Notes under the pieces: generated by a model | What the model was told of the DNA's origin: nothing | The model's database searches: none | The model's input: the letters and a program-made list of their open reading frames with translations, nothing else | Position numbers and translations under genes: made by a program | Assembly (NCBI GenBank): GCA_043228905.1 | Contig: JBHGNT010000005.1 | Span: forward strand, 12,772,001 to 12,836,000 | Length of the DNA stretch: 64,000 nucleotides | Source: Azolla caroliniana | Lineage: Eukaryota > Plantae > Polypodiophyta | Direction of reading: 5' to 3' | Part shown: piece by piece, positions 1-10,233 of the stretch | Position numbering within the stretch: the stretch's first letter is position 1 | Layout: each line of letters opens with the position of its first letter

Positions 1-635
1 TTCCCTTTCGTCGCCTTCGACGCCAGCAGCTGCTGTCGTTTGGACGCCGGCTTCGAGGTGCTTCCTTCCGATACTCTTGGCCGCTTCTTTGGCTGGGCGG
101 TCTCGACCGGCGGCACGAGCAATGTGATCCATTGAGCTACGGCGTGCCACAGCTTCCGGCCCTCCTTGCCGTCCTTCCCTCGTACCATGTCGATTGCCAT
201 GCACAACCCGTCTGCAATCAGCACCGGCCAGTCCACCTTGACCCCTTCATAGGTGGCTATGATCATCCCTGCCCGATTTTTTGGCATGACAGGGGGTCGG
301 GGGTACACGTGACCGTACTCGTGGAGCACTCGAGCTATCTCCCTGAATAGCGGATCTTCGCCGCCCTGCGTCCGATAGCCTTTGCCGGCAACAGAGTACT
401 CACCGAAATATCGGGTGAGTTGCTCCGAGGTTGGGTTATCGATCTGAAAGATTCCTCCCTCCGGAAGGCCTGTTAGCGCGCGGATCGCTTCCTCGGTGAT
501 GACCTCTGTGGCGAGCTCCTTGATGACCCGGTCTGCTTCTCTGTGCGGCGGTGCCTCCATGATGGCCAAGAACCCCTCCAGTCCGTTTTGCCTGAACCAT
601 TTCCTGGCCGCTTCCGACAGCGTTTGTGGTTCCAT
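1..635 (-). CDS. Extra 3' ORF of the Gypsy element (at least 211 aa, runs off the window start)
   Basis: Manual translation from the ATG at 635 has no stop down to base 1: MEPQTLSEAARKWFRQNGLEGFL...ITEEAIRALTGLPEGG...KVDWPVLIADGL...KKRPRV. It is absent from the ORF track because it is truncated. Confidence 0.75.
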   Translation of the reverse strand, partial: MEPQTLSEAARKWFRQNGLEGFLAIMEAPPHREADRVIKELATEVITEEAIRALTGLPEGGIFQIDNPTSEQLTRYFGEYSVAGKGYRTQGGEDPLFREIARVLHEYGHVYPRPPVMPKNRAGMIIATYEGVKVDWPVLIADGLCMAIDMVRGKDGKEGRKLWHAVAQWITLLVPPVETAQPKKRPRVSEGSTSKPASKRQQLLASKATKG

Positions 636-1027
636 GTCTGCTTCAAGGTCGAGGGACGATGGCGAGGTAGAGTGGTGATGAGGGTGAGAGCGAGAGAGAG
701 AGCGTTCTGAGCGCGGGGGTTCTCTGCGTGCAGGTTCGCGTTTGCTCAGCTTCCACTGCCTTGGTGCTTCTGTGCTTCTTGGCTCGCGAAAAAAGAAGGT
801 CTCCATGCGCTCTGTTTCTTCTTTGTGCGTTTTGGCGCCTTTTTCGAGCATGCACACGTCGTGTACTAATTTAGTATTAAGTGGCGTGGCGTCTCTTAAA
901 TGCCCACTACGTACCTTTTCGCGCCTCGCTTTCACACCCGTTCATACCTCGATTTTTAATAATTTTATTTATTTATTTTTATTTTTTTTATTTTTTTTTT
1001 TTAAATTTTTAATGACGGTGTGTGACC

Positions 1028-4000
1028 TTACACATCCGTAGGTCCCTCCGGACCCTGACCGTTTTCCTTACGGGTTGCCGTGTCTTCCTTCGTGTTTACT
1101 ACGGGTTCCCCGTCGTCTTTTTCTTCCGGATCGATCTGTACCGATCCCGGACAGGTTCCTGGTGTAGTGCCGGTGAGCTGCATAAACGGGTTCTTTGGCA
1201 TCGGTCCTTTATAGGGCTTTAGTCGAAATCCATTCACCCACTTGCCTAGTACTTCCCCGGCAAGTGTCCCTATCTGATAGGACCCGTTGTATTCCCGTGT
1301 CAGCCAATACGGGCCTGTCCATCTGAACCGGAGTTTACCCGGCATCTTGCCCATCCTTGTTTGGAATACTAGCACCGGCTTTCCGATTTCGAACATCTTT
1401 TCGTTACCTTTCCGGTGACGGTCAACGAACGCTTTCCGTCGTCGTTGCTCCAGTTCCATGTGGAGGATGCTGGCCAGCCGTTGCTCCTCCAGTTCGCATA
1501 GTGCTGCTAGCCGTATTTCCTCCGACTTCTTTTCATTCAGCCGTTCCCGTAGTTGGATCCGTAAGCTTGGTACCTGAAACTCGACCGGCATGACCGCTTC
1601 TAAGCCGAATGCTAACCGGAACGGCGTTGTCCGGATACTCGTTTTGTATGCCGTTCTGTACGCCCATAGCGCACTATGGAGCTTTGTGTCCCAGTCCGTC
1701 CGATTTTCATTGACAATTTTGCGGAGAATGTTCTGCAGCGTTTTGTTGGTGGACTCTACTAACCCGTTCGCCTGTGGGTAATACGGTGTGCTTCTTTTAT
1801 GGACCACGGCATAGAACGTTGTTAAACTTTCCACTACCTGGCCGAGGAAATGCCCTCCTTGGTCGCTGATCAGTTCAATCGGACATCCATATCGGCACCA
1901 AATGTTCTCGTACAGGAATTTTGCTGTGGATGACGCGGTGTTGTCTCTCAGGGCCTTAGCTTCCACCCATTTCGTGCAATAATCCGTTGCCACGATGACA
2001 TAACGATTACCCGTTCTCATTGCCGGTGGCTTGAACGGTCCGACAAAATCCAATCCCCACTTCTGGAATGGCTCTAGTGGAAGTACCGGTTGGTGTGGCA
2101 TCCGTGCTTGCTCCGTAGGCTGGCCCATTCGTTGGCATAGGTCACATTCCTTAGCATACCTGACGGCATCTTTTAGCGTCGTGGGCCACCATAAGCCGCT
2201 CTGCCATACCTTTCTTGCCGTCGCTTCCCCAGCATAGTGTCCTCCGGCAACCCCACAGTGTGCTTCCCGTAAGATTACTTCTTTCTCGTCACTACGGACT
2301 GCCCGTCTCCATATTCCATCTGCTCCTTTGTGGTAGAGAGTGTCCCGTAACAGACAGAAATTGCGGCTCTGCACCGCCAGTCGTTTCCTCTCGTCCCGGT
2401 TCATTTCCTCCGGTGGCAGGCCCGTGCTTAGGAACTGGTGCATGTTTGTCAGCCATTTATCTTCTGATGCCACCGTGTCGTCCGCTGCCGTTTCCGGGGT
2501 GATACGGAATAACTCCGCGTCCGGGAATTCATCCGCTACTCCGTCGCCTGGTTCTCCGGACTCTAATCGGCTCAGGTAGTCTGCTACGGCATGCTGGATA
2601 CCGGGCCGGTGGAAAATCTCGAATTCGAACTCCTGCAACAGCAAGGTCCAACGGGCCAACTTACCGGTCAGGGACGCCTTGGACACTAAGTACAGAAGCG
2701 CCGAGTGATCCACATGAAAGGAGAACTTCCTTCCCAATAGGTAGTGCCGAAACTTTGTGACACTGTAGATCATGCCGAGGGCCTCCCGTTCCGTCGTTGA
2801 ATAGTTCTTCTCCGCTTGGGACAGCTTCCGGCTGGCGTAATATACCGGCCGGTACCATTTGGGTTCCGTAAGTTGCATTAAGGCGCTGCCAATAGCGATG
2901 TCGGACGCGTCCACGAACACGTGAAATTCCTTGCTCCAATCCGGAGGCTGCACGACGGGTGCTTGCGATAAAAGTACCTTCAGGGCATTGTATGCCTTAT
3001 CCTCCGTATCCGTCCATTGGAACGGTGTCCGATGTACCGCGGTGTGTAATGGTGTAGCCAAGTCAGCCAAGTGACGGAGCATCCGGCTGTGCCACCGGAT
3101 CTGTCCTAAGAATCGGCTTAGTGCTTTGGCCGTTTTCGGCGCCGGTGCCCCTAGTATGGCGTTTACTTTGTCCGGGTCGACCGCAATGCCCTCCTTACTT
3201 ACAATGTGTCCCAGCAATATTCCACTTGAAACCCCGAAGATGCATTTTGCTGGATTTAAGCTTAGCCGGTATAACCTACACTTTTCAAGGCATAACCGTA
3301 GGTGCTGCAAATGGTCTTTTCCCCGGCTATAGACTGCAAAATCATCCAGGAAAACTTGCATGAAGGCAGGGATGTATTCTCCGAAGATCTCCATGATGAT
3401 TCGCTGGAAAGTTGCTGGTGCCGTTTTTAGGCCGAACATCATGACTTCGGCCACAAACACCCCCCATTCGGTGACGAACGCTGTCTTCTCCTGGTCGTCC
3501 GGGTGCATCCGGATTTGATTGTACCCGCTGAACCCGTCTAGAAAGCTATAAACTTCATGACCGGCGACGGCATCCAGTACTCCATCCGTGAACGGAAGAG
3601 GGAATGCATCCGTAATTGTGGCGGCATTTAGTTTCCTGTAATCTACACACACACGGATTTTACCGTTCTTCTTGGGGACGACGACGATGGGGCTCAGCCA
3701 CGTCGCTTTCTTTACCGGCCGGATGAAGCCCACTCTTAGGAGTTTGTCGATTTCCTCTTTTACTTTGGCGGCGTAGTTGGGGTTCATTCGGTATCGTCGT
3801 TGCGCCACTGGTTTCGCGTCCTTGCCTAAGTGGATCTGATGCTGATATAATTGAGGGTCCAGCCCTCGCATGTCTTCGTATGACCAGGCGAATACGTCGC
3901 GAAACTCCGTGAGAAGTTTGATCATCGCCGCTTTATCTTCCGGCTTCATTTCTTTGGCGATGTGTACCGGCTTTGATTCGTCCTTGCTTCCTAGGTTCAC

Positions 4001-5938
4001 TTCGTCGAGCTGGGATGCTTTTACCCGTTGGGAAACGGCCATTTCCCGTTCCAACGCTTCCTGTGCTTGCCGTAATTCCCGAATCGCATCTTTGTCTGGT
4101 TCGGCTTCGGTGTCGTCCCGCTGCGGCAAGTATGCGGCTACGGCTTCAGCTATGTCGATCTCGAAGAGTGGTACGATCTTCGGATGTTCCTCCAAGTACT
4201 GGGCTTCTTCGTCGTCTGCCAATCCTTCAAGCATGTTCACACATTCCGCGTACAGCGGTGTGCATTCCTTACCGTTGCTCGTCCGTGGTTGTGTCGGAAC
4301 CCGGACCTTGGCTTTTCCGCGCCGGAAGGTGATCATATTTTTCCGCCAATTTTGCTTGATGTGTGCAGTTTTCAACCATGGTCTGCCCAGCAACAGTGGG
4401 TACGCGCCTTGCGCCTGTAGCTGCAGCACTACAGCCGAGATGTGAAATGTGTGGCCTCCTATGGTGACTTCCAATTTCCGTATTAAGCCCGTCGGCCGTA
4501 CCGAGCTCGTATCCGCCATCCGTAGCCAGAACGGGCATGGCTCCCATTCATGTATACCCAAGGCATCACACGTACGGAGGCTTATTACGTTCACCCCGGA
4601 ACCTCCATCGATTACTGTGCCGGGAAGTTCGTGCCCTTTGACAATAGCTGTAATCACCGGACTGCTAGTGTCCACTACCGTCGGTCCCTCTTCCGGGTTC
4701 GAGAAGAGGACTGGTGCTGGTGGGGCTATGCCGTCTGTCATGCCTGTTTTTAGCCCTTCCGTAAATCGCGGCACGAGCTGCAAGAGTCTTCCTAACGGCA
4801 ACGTGATCTGACATTCTTGCAGTGCTTGCCATGTCTCGTTTTCTGGGTGGCTACCGCCGGCACTCCCTATGGTATTTGCCTTTTGCCGTTCCGCGTCCGC
4901 GACGTTCTTTTCATTGGCTTCCTTCACCCATTCCGTCGCCTGCCTTCGTATGGCCTCTTGTGTTTCCCACTCTTTGGCCATGCCTTTCGACCGTGTGGTT
5001 ACTTGCTGTACATCCGTCACTTCCGGAACCACCATATTAACTGCTGGTCGTTTCTCGTAGCTCTTTACCGGGCACTGGTTACTGTAGTGGCCTTCCTGCC
5101 TGCAGTAGTAGCAGTACTCTTTACGGGTATTGCTGGATTCAGCATTGCTGGTAGCCGGATTTGGTCCCGTAGCGAGTGGTGTGTTCTGTGCCGGTTGGCT
5201 CCTTGGGATTCCATGTTCCGGGTCCCTAGGGTGACCACCTTTCTTGAAGTTTCGTTTCTTATTATTCTTATGTTTATTTCGGTAGTCCGGCCGTGGTGGA
5301 TCGTAACATCGGCCGTAGTCCTCCTGGTGCCTTCGGTAACCAGGGGAATGGTCTCTATCGTATTGCTCGTGTCGCCTGTTGGGCTCCCGATAACGGTCCG
5401 ATCGCTCATACCGGTCGTAGTTATCACGCCGATTCCCGTACCGGCCATCATTCTCTTGCCTGTCTCCGTACCGGACATCTTGTGCCGGTGGGTACCGGTT
5501 CCCTCTTTGCCAACGATCGTCATCTTCGTCTCGGCTGCTTCTTGGCTCGATCCGTCGGACGGGTAGTGCTTGTCGATTTAACAGGTTGTACTCGCACCGG
5601 TCCGTTGTTTGACTCTTGGATTGACAAATCACACACTGAGTGCGCATGGTGCACTCTACTGCCGAGTGTCCGGCATTCAAGCAGATTGTGCATTGAATTG
5701 CCTGCCGGAACCGGAGATCTTCCTCGGTGGGTAACGCCCGTTGCAGTGTTCCCAGCGTAAGCCATGAGCTTGTCTTTTCCATTTCTCTGACCCGATCAAT
5801 GACCTGATCGATGGTGCATCCTCGAAAGTCGATCACCGTACACACCGTGCGTAACGGTTCTCGGAGTGCGTTTAAAAATATCGTCCGTAATTCCTCCTCC
5901 GGGGGTGCACGGGCAAGCTGGCTATGCATTCGTTGCAA
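1028..5938 (-). CDS. Gypsy Gag(C-terminal part)-Pol polyprotein: zinc knuckles, aspartic protease, RT, RNase H, integrase
   Basis: 1636-aa ORF with CYYCRQEGHYSNQC, VIDGGSG, FLDGFSGYNQ, QVFLDDF, FVDASD, HHCC plus WGLDF...SDQG...E integrase motifs, and WTGPY. Confidence 0.95.
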   Translation of the reverse strand: MQRMHSQLARAPPEEELRTIFLNALREPLRTVCTVIDFRGCTIDQVIDRVREMEKTSSWLTLGTLQRALPTEEDLRFRQAIQCTICLNAGHSAVECTMRTQCVICQSKSQTTDRCEYNLLNRQALPVRRIEPRSSRDEDDDRWQRGNRYPPAQDVRYGDRQENDGRYGNRRDNYDRYERSDRYREPNRRHEQYDRDHSPGYRRHQEDYGRCYDPPRPDYRNKHKNNKKRNFKKGGHPRDPEHGIPRSQPAQNTPLATGPNPATSNAESSNTRKEYCYYCRQEGHYSNQCPVKSYEKRPAVNMVVPEVTDVQQVTTRSKGMAKEWETQEAIRRQATEWVKEANEKNVADAERQKANTIGSAGGSHPENETWQALQECQITLPLGRLLQLVPRFTEGLKTGMTDGIAPPAPVLFSNPEEGPTVVDTSSPVITAIVKGHELPGTVIDGGSGVNVISLRTCDALGIHEWEPCPFWLRMADTSSVRPTGLIRKLEVTIGGHTFHISAVVLQLQAQGAYPLLLGRPWLKTAHIKQNWRKNMITFRRGKAKVRVPTQPRTSNGKECTPLYAECVNMLEGLADDEEAQYLEEHPKIVPLFEIDIAEAVAAYLPQRDDTEAEPDKDAIRELRQAQEALEREMAVSQRVKASQLDEVNLGSKDESKPVHIAKEMKPEDKAAMIKLLTEFRDVFAWSYEDMRGLDPQLYQHQIHLGKDAKPVAQRRYRMNPNYAAKVKEEIDKLLRVGFIRPVKKATWLSPIVVVPKKNGKIRVCVDYRKLNAATITDAFPLPFTDGVLDAVAGHEVYSFLDGFSGYNQIRMHPDDQEKTAFVTEWGVFVAEVMMFGLKTAPATFQRIIMEIFGEYIPAFMQVFLDDFAVYSRGKDHLQHLRLCLEKCRLYRLSLNPAKCIFGVSSGILLGHIVSKEGIAVDPDKVNAILGAPAPKTAKALSRFLGQIRWHSRMLRHLADLATPLHTAVHRTPFQWTDTEDKAYNALKVLLSQAPVVQPPDWSKEFHVFVDASDIAIGSALMQLTEPKWYRPVYYASRKLSQAEKNYSTTEREALGMIYSVTKFRHYLLGRKFSFHVDHSALLYLVSKASLTGKLARWTLLLQEFEFEIFHRPGIQHAVADYLSRLESGEPGDGVADEFPDAELFRITPETAADDTVASEDKWLTNMHQFLSTGLPPEEMNRDERKRLAVQSRNFCLLRDTLYHKGADGIWRRAVRSDEKEVILREAHCGVAGGHYAGEATARKVWQSGLWWPTTLKDAVRYAKECDLCQRMGQPTEQARMPHQPVLPLEPFQKWGLDFVGPFKPPAMRTGNRYVIVATDYCTKWVEAKALRDNTASSTAKFLYENIWCRYGCPIELISDQGGHFLGQVVESLTTFYAVVHKRSTPYYPQANGLVESTNKTLQNILRKIVNENRTDWDTKLHSALWAYRTAYKTSIRTTPFRLAFGLEAVMPVEFQVPSLRIQLRERLNEKKSEEIRLAALCELEEQRLASILHMELEQRRRKAFVDRHRKGNEKMFEIGKPVLVFQTRMGKMPGKLRFRWTGPYWLTREYNGSYQIGTLAGEVLGKWVNGFRLKPYKGPMPKNPFMQLTGTTPGTCPGSVQIDPEEKDDGEPVVNTKEDTATRKENGQGPEGPTDV

Positions 5939-6833
5939 AACGGATGACGAATTGGGGAATGCTTTCCCCTGCCTCCTGCCGGATCGTATAAAACAGCCCC
6001 ACCATTGTCGTCTGGTCGACTTCCTTGTGGAAAAAATGCAAGAATTTTGCTTTTAATTCTGCAAATGTTGTGATGGTCGCCGGGTCCTGCGACCGCCGCC
6101 ATCGTGTCGCTGGTCCCTCCAACGTGACTCCGAATTCCGCTATCTTCGAGCGTTCTTCTTCCTCCGGTGTCATTCGCTGGGACGTGTGATTTGCTTCCCA
6201 TGTCTGCTCGAAGTCATCCACATGTGCTTCCGCATCCGGATCATCGCGGTACTTTGAGTATTGGAACGGCATGTCGTCGTCCAGTATTAAGCCGCGGTTT
6301 AGTGGCGTTTGTTGATATTTTTCCGGTTCTTTCTCCGGTTCCACTTCCGGTTCTTTTGCCGGTCCTTCTTCCGGTTCTTTTTCCGGCCGGTTCGTTGGTG
6401 TTGGTGGCTTTGCTTGTTCCACTTCCGGTGTTGGTGGGTTGACGGCTTCCGGTTCTGGAGTCGGCACGTTATCCGACCCGTCGTCTTCCGGGCCGCCGGG
6501 GGTATCGTTGCTGCTCCGGTAGTTCGTGTGCACGCTGTATCCCCCTTCGGAATCCGATTCGTAGGCTGAAAAGGCTTCTGCCTCGTTTTCTCCGCTTGCC
6601 AGCGCCTCCAGGAGTCGTTCGGTTTCCCGGAGACTACTTAGACTGCTTCCGTCGTCCTGGTCGCGAGTTTGCCGTAACCGGAGAGATTCCTCCGCGACTC
6701 TCCGGATCTCGTTGGAGAACGAACGATCCGAGCGAATTTCCTGCGCTGCTTGCTGGAAAGTCTCACGCCGTCTTTGCCGTTCGGCGAGGCGTCGAGCTCG
6801 GTCTGTACCCAAGTCGTGCGTTGGTCTAGTCAT
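5922..6833 (-). CDS. Gypsy Gag N-terminal part (retrotransposon gag domain), separated from pol by a 1-nt frameshift
   Basis: 303-aa ORF with FGVTLEGPATRW...TFAELKAKFLHFF...IRQEAGESIPQFVIRF. Removing one G near 5935 gives FVIRFQRMHSQL, in frame with pol. Confidence 0.85.
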   Translation of the reverse strand: MTRPTHDLGTDRARRLAERQRRRETFQQAAQEIRSDRSFSNEIRRVAEESLRLRQTRDQDDGSSLSSLRETERLLEALASGENEAEAFSAYESDSEGGYSVHTNYRSSNDTPGGPEDDGSDNVPTPEPEAVNPPTPEVEQAKPPTPTNRPEKEPEEGPAKEPEVEPEKEPEKYQQTPLNRGLILDDDMPFQYSKYRDDPDAEAHVDDFEQTWEANHTSQRMTPEEEERSKIAEFGVTLEGPATRWRRSQDPATITTFAELKAKFLHFFHKEVDQTTMVGLFYTIRQEAGESIPQFVIRFATNA

Positions 6834-6884
6834 CCATTACCGTCGTTCGCTGCGAGAAAGCAGGAATCGTGGTCGCCAAAACTG

Positions 6885-7304
6885 TGTTATTCGCTTAGCC
6901 GGACCAGGCCTAACACAAGGTGTCACGGAGACACTTCACCAAAGGGTGATTACGGCATAGGATTAAGATTCAACGATTACACCGACTTACGTAGTTTACA
7001 CGATTAGATTGCTTAGGTCAATTACACGCGTAAGATATAACAATGATTACAGAACGGAAATCAAGACAGAAGTATAAACATCATAATCTCTATTAATTAT
7101 CCGCTGTCATTACAATAGGGTCCGGGCCTTTAAATAGGTTTCCGGCCCGTAGTACAAAACGGTGCCTCTCGCACCTATTCGGAATCCGTCCGGATCTGGA
7201 ACGGCATACCGTTTCCAGTCCGTCCGTCCACACTATGCTCATATACAACCATATCTAATTAATTCCTTCACTCCGTATTTTGGACTCCTTGCCGGCCGGT
7301 AACA
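6885..7304 (-). repeat. 5' LTR of the Athila/Tat-like Gypsy
   Basis: TGTTA/TAACA termini, TATA-like CTATTTAAAG on minus (about 7127-7138), adjacent PBS. The right boundary is inferred from the termini and a composition change because the partner LTR is not in the window. Confidence 0.65.
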
Positions 7305-8990
7305 ATTACTCAAAGCTCAAGAGTCACACCACTACTCTCTACACATTAACTATGTGTCATAGAATCATATTCTATAACACATAACTAATGAATTATATAC
7401 TCCCCATGACTATGAGTCTTCACATTCCCGACGAGAGAGTGGTTGTTGTAGTTAGTTAATGAAGAGAGAGGATGACTATATATAAAACACCCTCCTCATA
7501 CTTCATACTAAGTCGGTTGTGACTCCTTGTAATGCTACATTTTTGTATCTCTTACTTTACTTGTGAATATACATCTTCTTCTTGAGTATTTCATTGTGTT
7601 CCCATTCTATCTAATCTATCTTGTTTTTCTCTTCTCTTCTCTCTTTCCTCTCACACATACACATAACACACATCTCTTCTGCTACACAAGAATCATACCC
7701 GATTCTTTACATGGTATCAAAGCGGTTTGGTAGCTCGATCTAGCCCATCCGTGTGTGATGTGTTCTACACCGACGTTCGAGAAGAACCGATCCATCACTA
7801 TCGTAGTGTGACTACATAGCTCGTATTTGAGAGAGAGAAGAAAAAGAAAAGAAGGAAGAAATCTTCATCAACAATGAATACTCAAATGGGGAGCGCTCTC
7901 CCTAGGGAGAAGCTAGATCGAAACAACTTTGCATCTTGGGAGTACAAGATGCACCAATACCTTGTCGGCCAAGGCTATTGGGGTTACATCAAAGGAGCAC
8001 AAGAAAATCCACCTGACCCAAAGGACGCCGACTATTCAACATGGGAGCAAGCGGTGAGTCGAGTAATGTATTGCTTGGCGACATTTGTTCACGACCACAT
8101 GCTCAACTACATTCGAGAAGCCGAGATGCCAAAGGAACCGTGGGAGAATCTACGAAAGATTTTCGCCGCCAACACAACCTCGAGAAAGCTTCAACTCCGT
8201 CAAGAGTTGAACAACGTCCAACAAAGGGATATGTCCATCACAAGCTACACCTTGAAGATCAAGGAGCTTTGTGACTCGCTCAGCTCGATAAGCGTCAATG
8301 CGACCTTGCACCACGATTTGGCGCAATGAGGACCGTCGTTTTAGCACAGGACAATCCGCCCTCCTTCTTCAATCTTCAATCCATGTTGTTGGTCAAAGAA
8401 AACCATGTTCGAACAAGGAGCAACGCCTCGGAAGGCCACATGCTTTACTCACACTCGGACGGAGGAAGAGGACGCAGTCGTGCAAGAAGAGGCTGATTCG
8501 GCCAAGGACGAGGCGGACGAGGCCTGACTTACGAAAACAACTCGCAATTTCGGCATCAAGACGGAAGCCATCGAGGAACTTTCAGAACAAGGGGCAGCTT
8601 CCATTCCAGTCGAAGCCGACAAAACTCAGTCGAATGCGGATATTGCGGAAAAATCGGTCACCATGAAGAAGAGTATCCTAAGAAGATGTGTGAATCGACT
8701 TCCATTAGTCGACAACTCACCAATTATGCCACCAACTCCAACTATGACGATCATGGTGGAATGTTCATGATGAGACATAGAGCAAATTCTATGTCGGCTT
8801 CTACTTCAACTAGTGCCTCCGGTCCGGAAGACGTATGGTTCGTCGACTCCGGTGCCTCGAACCATATGACGTCTCATCAAGAATGGTTTCAAGAACTTCG
8901 AGAGCCTAAACGACCTGGTTATGTCGAAACTAGAGACGACACTACTCATTTGATCCGACACATCGGCAATGTCCCATTCGGCAAAGACGG
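7305..8990 (+). mobile_element. Truncated, degenerate Ty1/Copia element (LTR remnant, PBS, gag, zinc knuckle, protease)
   Basis: LTR ends ...TTTACA at 7711; PBS TGGTATCAAAGC (iMet type) at 7712-7723; gag ORF 7874-8329 (EKLDRNNFASWEYKM); CGYCGKIGH near 8635; WFVDSGASNHMT near 8836; frameshifted. Confidence 0.88.
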
Positions 8991-9099
8991 TGTCGTGATG
9001 TTTTTGACACATAGTGTGAAACCACCCTCAAAAGAGAATAAAATAGTGGTCCAAATAAACTAATTTTCTTAAGTCAACTATAGTAATAAATGAAAGGAT

Positions 9100-10140
9100 A
9101 AAAAGTTAGAAGAGGTTTTCGAAAGTAGACAAAAATAGAGAAAAAGATGGGAAAAGAAAAGCTAGTCGTGGATATGAGATTTCAATTCAATCGTTTATTT
9201 CGATTGGGGATTGTACATTGGAAGATGTGGTTGATAATGAATCGCAAAGGTTGTCAGATTTTGAAGATGCGAAGCGATGGTTATGTATTCCCCCAAATTA
9301 TGGATTTATTTGGGAGAAATTACAAGATATACCATTGTTGCAAGGATCTTTGCCATTGAAAACAAATTCTGCACCTTGGGTGGATTGGCGGTTACAAGAT
9401 GGTACACACTTGTTACAGGTCACTACAAATATATTGTATCATCATGTGATGGTATCCTTATCTTGACTATCTCCTAACACAGCGAAGTTGTGGAATGTAT
9501 GTAAGTCAATGCAAGGTGGTGGAAAATATTACAACGTAGTTGGCATTCCCATCTACCATTTTGTGCAAAGGTATTCATATGGAGAGTCATGATTGGTGGG
9601 CTCCCATTAGGTTCGGCCTTAAAGAGACGAGGACTAGGGTCTGGCACTTGTTTCTTTTGCACCATTCCATTGGAGGATAGTACACATAGGTTCATTAAAT
9701 GTCCTATAGCGTGTACCATTTGGAAGTACTTATCGGACATTTAGCAAGTTTTAACCCATTGTTGTTTGAGACCTCAACAATGGGTTTTTTCTCAATATGT
9801 TCAAAATGGTTCAAATGATGAGATGGAGATATTGTTCCAATTTTTACGTTATTGGGGTCTACAACACAATTGGAATATGCGTAATGCTTTCCTGTTTGAT
9901 AATAGACATGGGGTGAAAGCCTATATAAAGAAGCTGAAAGGTATTCTCATGTGAAATTTTTGGATCTTAGAGCATGTGGGGATCATTTCCTCAAATGCAT
10001 ATTCAAGTTTTTTAATAGCATTACAGAACGTCCCTCTCCCTACATAGGTATATGATATGTAGAGGAGACTAAGAAGTGTTGTAACTAAGTGGACTTTACA
10101 TACAATTAATATAATTGTGTGCTTTTACCAAAAAAAAACA
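9100..10140 (+). mobile_element. 3' fragment of an L1-like LINE (zf-RVT region)
   Basis: Plus-strand translation of about 9580-9740 gives WRVMIGGLPLGSALKRRGLGSGTCFFCTIPLEDSTHRFIKCPIACTIW (CxxC...H...C); A-rich tail near 10130. Confidence 0.7.
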
Positions 10141-10185
10141 ATATATATATATATATAGGAGAGGAGGGACAGAAGGAAGATGAGA

Positions 10186-10188
<3 letters not shown>

Positions 10189-10230
<42 letters not shown>
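10189..10230. repeat. (GA)n microsatellite
   Basis: Directly visible. Confidence 0.95.

Positions 10231-10233
<3 letters not shown>

Larger units (their letters stand above)
1..7304 (-). mobile_element. Ty3/Gypsy non-chromovirus (Athila/Tat-like) LTR retrotransposon; 3' end lies outside the window
   Basis: 5' LTR about 6885-7304 (TGTTA...TAACA on minus), PBS TGGCGACCACG at 6868-6878, gag-pol with PR-RT-RH-INT order and no chromodomain, extra ORF 3' of pol. Confidence 0.9.
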
